From Parcubacteria group bacterium (GTDB lineage: Bacteria > Patescibacteriota > Minisyncoccia > Moranbacterales > UBA2206): DNA of 45,661 nucleotides. The notes beneath the pieces were generated by a model. The model saw only the letters and a program-made list of their open reading frames with translations, searched no databases and had not been told where the DNA came from. This document shows positions 31,254 to 39,629 of this stretch, in pieces. The translations under genes were made by a program, and so were the position numbers. Every line of letters starts with the position of its first letter. The stretch's first letter is position 1. Where the stretch lies: positions 1 through 45,661 of the forward strand of contig JBAZSS010000003.1 of the NCBI GenBank assembly GCA_041662285.1. The letters run 5' to 3'.

Positions 31254-32498
31254 ATGAAGTATCTAAAAAACCAAGACAAGGAAGTTTATAGAGCAACAAT
31301 GGGGGAATTAAAACGCCAGCAGGAAGGTATGGAAATGATTGCGAGTGAAAATTATGTGTCAGAGGCAGTGCTTGAAGCACTGGGATCTGTTTTTACCAAT
31401 AAATATAGCGAAGGTTATCCAGGACATCGCTATTATGGCGGTCAAGAATATACGGATGTGGTGGAAAGTTTGGCCATTACTCGAGCGAAAAAACTTTTTG
31501 GCGCGGAGCATGTGAATGTTCAGCCACTTTCTGGCGCACCGGCTAATATGATTGCATATAGTGCAGTTCTCCAGCCAGGAGACAAGGTTCTAGGCATGGA
31601 TTTGGCACACGGCGGACATTTGACGCATGGTCATCCTGTGACGCTTTCTGCTAAGATATATAATTTTGTGCGTTATAAAACAGATGCTTCAGGGAAAATA
31701 GATTATAAAGAATTGGAAAAAATGGCCATTAAAGAAAAACCAAAAATGATCCTGGCTGGTTTTTCCGCTTATACAAGACAATTGGATTATAAGAAATTTC
31801 AAGCTATTGCCAAAAAGGTTGGAGCAATCACGATGTTTGACATCGCTCACATTGCTGGACTAATTGCTGGCAAAGCTCTTCCAAATCCAGTGCCATATTT
31901 TGATATCGTCACCACCACAACTCACAAGACTTTGCGTGGTCCACGAGGTGGAATGATTATGTGCAAAGAAAAATATGCCAAGGCCATTGACAAAGCTACT
32001 TTCCCAGGATTTCAGGGTGGACCGCATGAAAATAATATTGCCGCCAAAGCCGTGGCATTTGGTGAAGCTTTGAAACCAGCTTTCAAAAAATATGCTGTGC
32101 AAACTATAAAAAATGCCAAAATTTTGGAACAAGAGCTGAAAAAATATGGATTTGACATTTGTTTTGGAGGAACGGATAATCATATGGTTCTAGTGGATGT
32201 TTGGGGCTCAAAGGGCGTGAGCGGAAAAGAGGCGCAAGAAGCCTTGGACGAAATTGGAATTTCACTTAACAAAAATATGATTCCCAATGACACAAGGAGT
32301 CCAATGGACCCAAGTGGGATTCGCATTGGTGTGCCAGCCATCACCACGCGTGGAATGAAAGAAAAAGAGATAAAAATTATTTCCAAGTGGATAAAGGATG
32401 CAATTGAAAATAAGGATAATAAAAAAGAACTAAAGAAAATTCACACTGAAGTAATCAAGCTTTGTAAGAGGTTTCCGATTTATAAAAATTTAAAATAA
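31254..32498 (+). CDS. glyA: Serine hydroxymethyltransferase
   Basis: SENYVS, GYPGHRYYGG and TTTTHKTLRGPRGG (PLP lysine) motifs. Confidence 0.97.
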   Translation: MKYLKNQDKEVYRATMGELKRQQEGMEMIASENYVSEAVLEALGSVFTNKYSEGYPGHRYYGGQEYTDVVESLAITRAKKLFGAEHVNVQPLSGAPANMIAYSAVLQPGDKVLGMDLAHGGHLTHGHPVTLSAKIYNFVRYKTDASGKIDYKELEKMAIKEKPKMILAGFSAYTRQLDYKKFQAIAKKVGAITMFDIAHIAGLIAGKALPNPVPYFDIVTTTTHKTLRGPRGGMIMCKEKYAKAIDKATFPGFQGGPHENNIAAKAVAFGEALKPAFKKYAVQTIKNAKILEQELKKYGFDICFGGTDNHMVLVDVWGSKGVSGKEAQEALDEIGISLNKNMIPNDTRSPMDPSGIRIGVPAITTRGMKEKEIKIISKWIKDAIENKDNKKELKKIHTEVIKLCKRFPIYKNLK

Positions 32499-32502
32499 TA
32501 TT

Positions 32503-33300
32503 ATGAAAGGAATAATTCTCTCGGGTGGAACAGCGACAAGACTGTTTCCACTCACCGCGACAACTTCTAAGCAACTTTTTCCGGTTTATGACCGACAGAT
32601 GATTTTTTATCCGCTAAATACGCTCATTAAGGCTGGGATAAAAGACATTTTGATTATTGTAGCGCCGGAACACAGTGGGCAATATTTGAATCTTTTGGGT
32701 TCAATTTTTGAAAAATATGACATTCGTATTGATTTTAAAGTGCAAAAATTGCCAAAAGGCTTGGCGGAAGCTTTTGTTTTGGGTGAAGATTTCATTGATA
32801 AGGGCGATGTGGCGATGATTTTGGGGGATAATATTTTTGAAGATGATTTCTCTGAGGATATCAAAAATTTCAAATCTGGCGGGAAAATATTTGCCAAAAA
32901 AGTTTCTGACCCGGAGCGTTATGGCGTGGTGAAATTTGATGAAAATAATAAGGCGGTGGAAATTGTAGAAAAACCTGAAAATTGGATTAGTGATTATGCT
33001 ATTCCCGGACTTTATATTTTTGATAATCGAGTATCGGATGCAGCCAAAAATGTGACCCCATCCGAACGAGGAGAAAAGGAAATAACATCACTGCATAATT
33101 ATTATTTGGAAAAAGGAGAATTGGAAGTTAGTACATTTTCCGGCGCATGGTTGGACGCTGGAACATTTGACACTCTCCTAGAAGCTGGAAATATTGTCAA
33201 AGAAAAAGAGATTTACAAAAAATTTGATCCGATAATTGACAAAGCAATTTTGGAATTCAATGAAGAACTCAAAGCGATTGCCAAAAAAAGATTGATTTAA
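32503..33300 (+). CDS. rfbA: Glucose-1-phosphate thymidylyltransferase-like sugar nucleotidyltransferase (short RmlA)
   Basis: GIILSGGTATRLFPLT..SKQLFPVYDRQMIFYPL matches the RmlA N-terminal signature. Length 265 aa. Confidence 0.75.
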   Translation: MKGIILSGGTATRLFPLTATTSKQLFPVYDRQMIFYPLNTLIKAGIKDILIIVAPEHSGQYLNLLGSIFEKYDIRIDFKVQKLPKGLAEAFVLGEDFIDKGDVAMILGDNIFEDDFSEDIKNFKSGGKIFAKKVSDPERYGVVKFDENNKAVEIVEKPENWISDYAIPGLYIFDNRVSDAAKNVTPSERGEKEITSLHNYYLEKGELEVSTFSGAWLDAGTFDTLLEAGNIVKEKEIYKKFDPIIDKAILEFNEELKAIAKKRLI

Positions 33301-33316
33301 TATTTTAATTATATAT

Positions 33317-34186
33317 ATGCAAAAAATTAGAAAAGCAATTTTACCAGTAGCAGGTTTTGGAACGAGATTTTTGCCAGCTACTAAGGCTCAACCAAAAGAA
33401 ATGCTTCCGGTGCTAAATAAGCCGGCAGTGCAATATGTAGTAGAAAGTGTGGTAGCAGCTGGAATCGAAGAAATTATTTTCGTGACAGGTCGCGGAAAAC
33501 GTGCAATCGAAGATCATTTTGACATTGCCTATGAATTGGAGGATAAGTTAGCAGAAAAAAATAAAACAGATTTATTGGAAGAACTGAAAAAAATTCAAGG
33601 ATTAGCTAAGTTTTCTTATGTCAGACAATCTAATCAATTAGGAGATGGACATGCAATTCTTCAGGCAGCTCACTTGGTGGGAGATGAGCCAGTGGCGGTA
33701 GTTTTTGGAGACACTGTTTATGATAGTAAAGTTCCAATAGTGAAACAACTCATTGAAACTTATGAAAAATATCATGATCCTGTAATAGGCTTAACAGAAG
33801 TCTCTCGTGAAGATGTGCATAAGTTTGGTGTTTATACAGGTATTTCACTTGATAAAGAAACAATAGAAATAAAACAATTAATAGAGAAGCCAAAAAATGA
33901 AGAAGCTCCGGCACTGACAGTGGCAATTGGCGCATATATAATTACTCCAGAAGTTTTTAAGGTTTTATCTACAATTGAACATGGAAATTCTGGGGAAATT
34001 CGCCTGATTGATGCTTTTGAAATAATGATGAAAGAGGGAAAGCCACTTTATGGAAAAATTTTAGAAGGAGCTTGGCTTGATACAGGAGATCCTTTTAATC
34101 TTTTGCGAGTTAGTATTTATTTAGGTTTAAAACATCCAGAAATAAAAGATAAATTAAGAGCCTATTTAAAAACTTTAAAAATATAA
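33317..34186 (+). CDS. galU: UTP--glucose-1-phosphate uridylyltransferase
   Basis: KAILPVAGFGTRFLPATKAQPKEMLPV and VFGD motifs. Confidence 0.9.
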   Translation: MQKIRKAILPVAGFGTRFLPATKAQPKEMLPVLNKPAVQYVVESVVAAGIEEIIFVTGRGKRAIEDHFDIAYELEDKLAEKNKTDLLEELKKIQGLAKFSYVRQSNQLGDGHAILQAAHLVGDEPVAVVFGDTVYDSKVPIVKQLIETYEKYHDPVIGLTEVSREDVHKFGVYTGISLDKETIEIKQLIEKPKNEEAPALTVAIGAYIITPEVFKVLSTIEHGNSGEIRLIDAFEIMMKEGKPLYGKILEGAWLDTGDPFNLLRVSIYLGLKHPEIKDKLRAYLKTLKI

Positions 34187-34189
34187 ATT

Positions 34190-34267
34190 TACGAACTACG
34201 AAATAACGAAATTACGAACAAGAAATTTTTCGTATTTCGTATTTCGTATTAGATTCGTATTTCGTAA
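34190..34267. repeat. TACGAAN / TTCGTAT heptamer arrays in inverted orientation, copy 6
   Basis: TACGAAC at 34190-34196, TACGAAA at 34197-34203 and TACGAAC at 34213-34219. TTCGTAT is in perfect tandem x3 at 34229-34249, with further units at 34254-34260 and 34261-34267. Confidence 0.85.
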
Positions 34268-34270
34268 AAT

Positions 34271-35392
34271 ATGAAAATTGCTATTCAAGCGGCAGATTTG
34301 GATTGGGCGCGAATTGATGGAACTAGGGTGTATATTCTAAATATGCTGAAATATTTCGGGCAACTTGATCCAAAAAGTCAATTTCTAATTTATCACAAGA
34401 AGAATTTTAATCCGGAGCTCACTCCGGCAAATTTTTCTAATTATAAAATTTGGAAAATTCCTTTTCCATTTTTTTGGACGCAAATTCGTCTGTGTCTCAG
34501 TCTTTTCTGGGAAAAACCAGATGTACTTTGGATGCCAATGCATAACATTCCACTCTTTCGCAACAAGAAAATGAAAACAGTGGTGACGATTCATGATTTA
34601 GCTTTCAAATATTTCCCGGATCATTTCAGGGCCGGTGATTTATTAAAACTCAATCTTTTGGTCGGCTGGGCAGTGCGAAGAAGTGACGGGATAATTGCCA
34701 TTTCCGAGGCGACGAAATATGATATCTTAAAATTTTATCCTAAGATAGAGGAAAATAAAATCAAGGTAATAAACCATGGCTTTGACAAGGAAGTTTTTGA
34801 CAAAGATCGAAATCCCGAAAAAGAACAGGAAATTAGAAATAAATTTAATATCCAAGGACGCTACATTTTTTATATCGGTGCTCTTCAACCCAGAAAAAAT
34901 CTAAAAACACTAATTAGCGCATTTGAAGAACTAAAAAAAGAAGAACAATATAAAGATGTGAAATTGGTTTTGGCTGGAGAAAAAGCTTGGCTATGGAAAG
35001 AAATTTTCTCGCAAATTGAAAATAGTCCGGCAAAACTGGAAATAATAACTCCTGGTAAAATAAAATTTGCCGATTTAGGGCATCTAATGCGCGGAGCGGA
35101 GATTTTTTGTTTTCCGTCACTCTATGAGGGATTTGGCATCCCAGTGCTTGAGGCCTTCAATTCTCGCGTCCCAGTGGTCTGTGCTAATAATTCTTCTCTT
35201 CCTGAAGTAGCGGGGGAGGCAGCACTGTATTTTGAACCAAAAGATCATTCACAATTGTCTTTGCAAATTAAAAAAATTCTGGATAACCCAGAACTTAGGA
35301 AAGATTTTATTTCCAAAGGCCTTGCGCAAGCTAATAAATTTTCTTGGGAAAAATGTGCACAGGAAACACTGGAATATTTGAAAAATTCATGA
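34271..35392 (+). CDS. Glycosyltransferase, GT-B fold (Glycos_transf_1 / GT4 family)
   Basis: C-terminal EGFGIPVLEA motif and the typical two-domain length. Confidence 0.85.
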   Translation: MKIAIQAADLDWARIDGTRVYILNMLKYFGQLDPKSQFLIYHKKNFNPELTPANFSNYKIWKIPFPFFWTQIRLCLSLFWEKPDVLWMPMHNIPLFRNKKMKTVVTIHDLAFKYFPDHFRAGDLLKLNLLVGWAVRRSDGIIAISEATKYDILKFYPKIEENKIKVINHGFDKEVFDKDRNPEKEQEIRNKFNIQGRYIFYIGALQPRKNLKTLISAFEELKKEEQYKDVKLVLAGEKAWLWKEIFSQIENSPAKLEIITPGKIKFADLGHLMRGAEIFCFPSLYEGFGIPVLEAFNSRVPVVCANNSSLPEVAGEAALYFEPKDHSQLSLQIKKILDNPELRKDFISKGLAQANKFSWEKCAQETLEYLKNS

Positions 35393-35534
35393 CTTACGCA
35401 TTTCTCTTCAAATCTATTGTTCGCTGAAATTATAAAAAAACAAACTAAGATTATAGATATAAGTAGTTTATTATAATCCTGCCATTGTCATGGCTACATA
35501 AATAGATTTTCAGGTAAACGCGTAAGTCCTAAAG

Positions 35535-35942
35535 TTATTTTTGGCTTTTGGAAGTAATTTGGAAAAAAGCAAAGAAGATAAACAAGGCAAAAACGCAAGA
35601 AGCAATTAGGGGAAAAATTTCCAAAGTTCTAAATGAATTTATAATTAAAGCAGAGGATATGATAATCAGAAAAACTAAGGTCTCGCTTAGTTTTTTTGTT
35701 TTTTCTTTATTTTCTTCGCTAGAAACATCTTGTCTTTTGCCAAAAAATCCGATGAGAAATAGAATAGCGAAAAGTCCAAAAATTATTTTCGCTAAAGAAA
35801 ATTCACTGAAAAAATAATTAGGCAATATATTTTGCGCTGTGAGCAAGCAAACGGTTCCAAAAAGCCACAAAAAAAGAACATCGTGGAGCAATTTATATAC
35901 CAATAATTCCAATTGTTGTTTAGAGTGTTTCTCCATAGCCAT
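35535..35942 (-). CDS. Hypothetical membrane protein (135 aa)
   Basis: Four hydrophobic segments. It overlaps the end of the upstream gene by 23 nt in the same operon. Confidence 0.5.
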   Translation of the reverse strand: MAMEKHSKQQLELLVYKLLHDVLFLWLFGTVCLLTAQNILPNYFFSEFSLAKIIFGLFAILFLIGFFGKRQDVSSEENKEKTKKLSETLVFLIIISSALIINSFRTLEIFPLIASCVFALFIFFAFFQITSKSQK

Positions 35943-37230
35943 AACTTCCCAAGAGGCGTTGTTTTATATCCGAGAAAATATCTCGCATATTGAGCCAATT
36001 TATCTCTCGAGAAAAAATTATATTAACTTGCGAAATTTCAAAAGTAGAATTTGAATTTAATTTAAATTGGTAATCTTTTCCAGTTATTTTTTCCAAGGTT
36101 GCCGTTGGCATTTGGCAACCATAAGAGTTAAACGGCCATAACTTCTTTTCTAGCTTACAGGAAATATCAAAACTCAGACTTTTTTCGTTTACTAAAACGG
36201 GTTTTCTTTTGAGATAGATGCGTTGGATATTTTCTCCTCGGATTTCTTTTTTATCTTTTCCCGAAATCAAATAATATTTTCCACTATCCTGATCTTGGAA
36301 AACTGTTCCTGATGGATGTGGCCGGCTGATGGAAAAAACCTTATCGCGTTGATACAGACCAATCTCTTCTTCATTAGCAGAAATTATATCATCCCAGTTA
36401 TAACCCAAAGCCAGAAAAGTTTCCGGATTGTTAAATGGCACTACCTTTCCCTCTTCGACTAAAAACACTCCGATGTCAAAAGACAAAAGGGTTCCATTAG
36501 CAAAACCAATTAGGTTATCTTGGTTGATGGAATATTTTTTCAAAAAATCATCATCTTTTACTAAAGCTTGATTTTTCTCGCAATGTGAAAGAAAGGCTTT
36601 TTCACTCACGAAAGGACGCAAAGCACCAACTAAGAGTTCGTAATAGGTTCCATCAATTAAAAACAGGGAATTGTCGGGATAATTTTGGGTGTCAGTTATT
36701 TCTTCACCTTTTTCCATGTAGCCAATTTCCTCGTCAGTTATTTTTTGAAAATTATCTTGCGAATATCCGAGAGCTTCGAGAGTTTTGAATGAAGAAAATT
36801 TTCTTATTTTTCCGTTGGAAACAAGAAAAAAATCATTGTTATTTTGAAGTAATGTTCTGTCAGGGAAAGTTGCCAGTTGATCTGAGAGTGGATAAGCAAA
36901 AGCCGAGTAGGTTTTTCGCAACAACACTTCCTTGTCTGTTAAATTAGGTTGATTTTTTTTGGCGGTTATTTTGAAATTAGCAAAAGAAAAATTATCCTTG
37001 GAATAGGCGCTAAAAATTTTTTCCAAAGATGAAACATCCTCATAGCCCAGCAAGCTTTCTTCTATTTTCTGATTGTTAAAATCCAAAGCGAATTTTTCTG
37101 AAGGGAAGAGGGTGTTTTTTAGGAAATATAGAACAACTAATAAGAAAAAAATTAAGATAGCGACACGTCCAACAAAATAAATTTTTTGCCAGACTGGTTC
37201 CAAAACTATATTTTTAGTTGGGTTAAACAT
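35920..37230 (-). CDS. Hypothetical N-terminally anchored protein with internal ~40-aa repeats
   Basis: TM anchor (VAILIFFLLVVLYF). It has repeated modules ending in ...F.S..TLEALGY..D.......EEIGY... (see findings). Confidence 0.6.
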   Translation of the reverse strand: MFNPTKNIVLEPVWQKIYFVGRVAILIFFLLVVLYFLKNTLFPSEKFALDFNNQKIEESLLGYEDVSSLEKIFSAYSKDNFSFANFKITAKKNQPNLTDKEVLLRKTYSAFAYPLSDQLATFPDRTLLQNNNDFFLVSNGKIRKFSSFKTLEALGYSQDNFQKITDEEIGYMEKGEEITDTQNYPDNSLFLIDGTYYELLVGALRPFVSEKAFLSHCEKNQALVKDDDFLKKYSINQDNLIGFANGTLLSFDIGVFLVEEGKVVPFNNPETFLALGYNWDDIISANEEEIGLYQRDKVFSISRPHPSGTVFQDQDSGKYYLISGKDKKEIRGENIQRIYLKRKPVLVNEKSLSFDISCKLEKKLWPFNSYGCQMPTATLEKITGKDYQFKLNSNSTFEISQVNIIFSREINWLNMRDIFSDIKQRLLGSYGYGETL

Positions 37231-38981
37231 TATTTTAGTAAATAAATTTTGCCTAAAATTAGATGGGTTTCAGCTTCCGGCAAAACTAATTTTCCACTCA
37301 GGGAAATTTTTCCTATCGTTTTGTTTTCTATGAAATAGTTCTCAACTGGTTCTAATCTATCAACGAGATTGTTTTTTGAATAAAAATCTAAATTATCATT
37401 GGGAATGATGAAATAAACATTGTTAAATTTTTCAAGATCGATTTTTTCCAAATCTTGCGGATTGAAAAAATAAACCGCTTGCAAACCATAGAGAAAATTC
37501 ATTGGTCCGCTCATCATTGCCCAATTTTCTCCCGTAGCTTTTTGATCGACAAGAACGAGGTCGTCCTTTTTGAAATTATGGCTAATTTTTTCAATTTGTG
37601 CAAGCAGATTTGGATTTGGAATTGATCTTAGAAAATAGAAAAGCATCAGTGAATTTCCAGCTAAAAATAAAACTAAAAAAGCATAAATAATTATTTTTCG
37701 GCGAAAAAATTTTTCCAAAAAAATAACTGAATAAAGAATGCTAACGGGAATTATAGCAAACATAAAGCGTCTGAGCATCCAAGGGTGATCGCCGGAAATG
37801 TTTGGATAGATGACATATATAAAGGCCGGCAAGATTATCAAAAAGGGGATGAGTATCCTGATTTTTTTTTCTCGCAAGGATAATATAGCCCCAGCTAAGC
37901 CTAAGAGGAAAAAAATGAGCAGTCCATAGAGATAAAATATCTTCATAATCTGCCAAATGGAAAGGAGCGGATTGGATGGCAAAAAAGAATTATTTGAAGA
38001 TTCAAGAAATGGCTTAGTGATCGCTTTGGCAATGGAAATGAAAAATTGCCAGTCAATGAAAATGTTTAGGCCGTAAAGAGTGATAAGGGCAAAAAACAAA
38101 AAAATAATTTTTTTATCCAACAAAATTCTAAATGGATGATGATTTTTAAATTTCAAGAAAAATAATATTATAGCAATTAAAAGAAAAGCTAAACCTTCAA
38201 TGCGGACAAAAATCAAAAGGCCGAATATCAAAAAAGAAAGAATGAAGTATGATTTTTTCGGATTATCCCAAAAAATAACAAAGAAATAAATGCCAAGCCA
38301 AACTAACGCTAAAGCTAAATTTTCACTGAGAGTAAATTTAAAAAACCAAAAAGAAGTGAAAACAGTAGTGGATAAAACCCAAGTTATAAGAGCACAAAAA
38401 GGCGATAGTAGCCTTTTAGCTAAAAGATAAAAAGCGCAAGAAAAAACAAAAAAGGAAACTCCATTAGCGAGTGTCAAACCGAAAAGGCCGAAAAGAGAGA
38501 AAAATGAAGCTAGCCAGACGATGTAGCCAAGAGGAAAATGAGTTATTAAATCACCATTTTCTTTGTAGCTAAAACCAGGAAAATTCAAAGCTTGCCCTGG
38601 GCCATAAATTTTGAAAAATTCTTTTGTTGCTGGAGAGGAAAAAGTTAATTTGTGATTTTGGGAAAGATGGACAGCTGCTTCGCTAAGCGAACCTTGATCT
38701 CGACCGGAAAAAATTGTTGGTTGGGAAAAAAAAGAAAAGAGGATGATGAAAAATAAAACTAAAGATAGGAAAAATAGTTCACTCTTAGTTGGCTTGATTT
38801 GAGAAAAATTTTTCCAAATCAAATAGCCCAAAAATGAACCGGCGCCAAGTACATAAAGCCAAATAATGGCTGTATAAAAAATGCCTAAAAAAGCCAAGAT
38901 CAAGGAAAGCCAAATTTGACCCAAGAAAAGCAGGATAAAAACAGAGAATAGTTCTTTTTTATTTAGCGGTGTTTCAAACAT
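37230..38981 (-). CDS. Polytopic membrane protein, putative GT-C fold glycosyltransferase (ArnT/PMT-like)
   Basis: More than 10 TM helices, a first-loop acidic motif (SGRDQGS) and a C-terminal soluble domain. The family assignment is tentative. Confidence 0.55.
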   Translation of the reverse strand: MFETPLNKKELFSVFILLFLGQIWLSLILAFLGIFYTAIIWLYVLGAGSFLGYLIWKNFSQIKPTKSELFFLSLVLFFIILFSFFSQPTIFSGRDQGSLSEAAVHLSQNHKLTFSSPATKEFFKIYGPGQALNFPGFSYKENGDLITHFPLGYIVWLASFFSLFGLFGLTLANGVSFFVFSCAFYLLAKRLLSPFCALITWVLSTTVFTSFWFFKFTLSENLALALVWLGIYFFVIFWDNPKKSYFILSFLIFGLLIFVRIEGLAFLLIAIILFFLKFKNHHPFRILLDKKIIFLFFALITLYGLNIFIDWQFFISIAKAITKPFLESSNNSFLPSNPLLSIWQIMKIFYLYGLLIFFLLGLAGAILSLREKKIRILIPFLIILPAFIYVIYPNISGDHPWMLRRFMFAIIPVSILYSVIFLEKFFRRKIIIYAFLVLFLAGNSLMLFYFLRSIPNPNLLAQIEKISHNFKKDDLVLVDQKATGENWAMMSGPMNFLYGLQAVYFFNPQDLEKIDLEKFNNVYFIIPNDNLDFYSKNNLVDRLEPVENYFIENKTIGKISLSGKLVLPEAETHLILGKIYLLK

Positions 38982-38999
38982 AGTCCCTTATAGTATAGA

Positions 39000-39629
39000 T
39001 TAAATTAGAATTAATACAATAATCAAGAAAATTGAAAAAATGATAAAACTGAGAAAAATGACCCAAAGAAAATAGTGCTTCAAGAAAAATGGCTTATATT
39101 GAGACACTCTTTGACTAAGCTCGTCGATGTTTTGCCAAATATTATTATTTGTATAGACTGCTCGCATAGCCGGCTTTCCATTTGAGGTATACACTTGAAG
39201 ATTTTTCGCATCAGATTCTTGAGGTGCATATCCTAAAATAAGGCAATATTTTTTGCCTTTGGAATCAGCAATTTTGGAAAATCTGAATTCATAAATATCT
39301 TTTCTTTTTAAATAGGAAGGATCAACTGATCCTTCGCGGATAATTTTGGAGCAATTTTCATCTGCTAGCTTAACTTTGACGGCTGTCGGATTAGTTAGTT
39401 TTTTCCCTCCGCCTAGTAATATCTCAACTTGGGTGAGATTTGCGCGTGTGGATTCAAATTTTCCGGAAAGTTCTTGACCCTTCGAGATTTTTATCGGGGA
39501 ATTTTTTTGGAGACTTTTTTCAAAAAAGATCAATTCTTTCCCAAATCTAAGAAAGATGAAAATTAGAAATATTGCCAAAATTAACAATAGGAATATTTTT
39601 TTGGAAAATTTAAATCCGGTTATTTTCAT
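39000..39629 (-). CDS. Hypothetical protein with N- and C-terminal TM helices (209 aa)
   Basis: Its start overlaps the upstream gene's stop by 4 nt (translationally coupled). No family recognised. Confidence 0.5.
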   Translation of the reverse strand: MKITGFKFSKKIFLLLILAIFLIFIFLRFGKELIFFEKSLQKNSPIKISKGQELSGKFESTRANLTQVEILLGGGKKLTNPTAVKVKLADENCSKIIREGSVDPSYLKRKDIYEFRFSKIADSKGKKYCLILGYAPQESDAKNLQVYTSNGKPAMRAVYTNNNIWQNIDELSQRVSQYKPFFLKHYFLWVIFLSFIIFSIFLIIVLILI

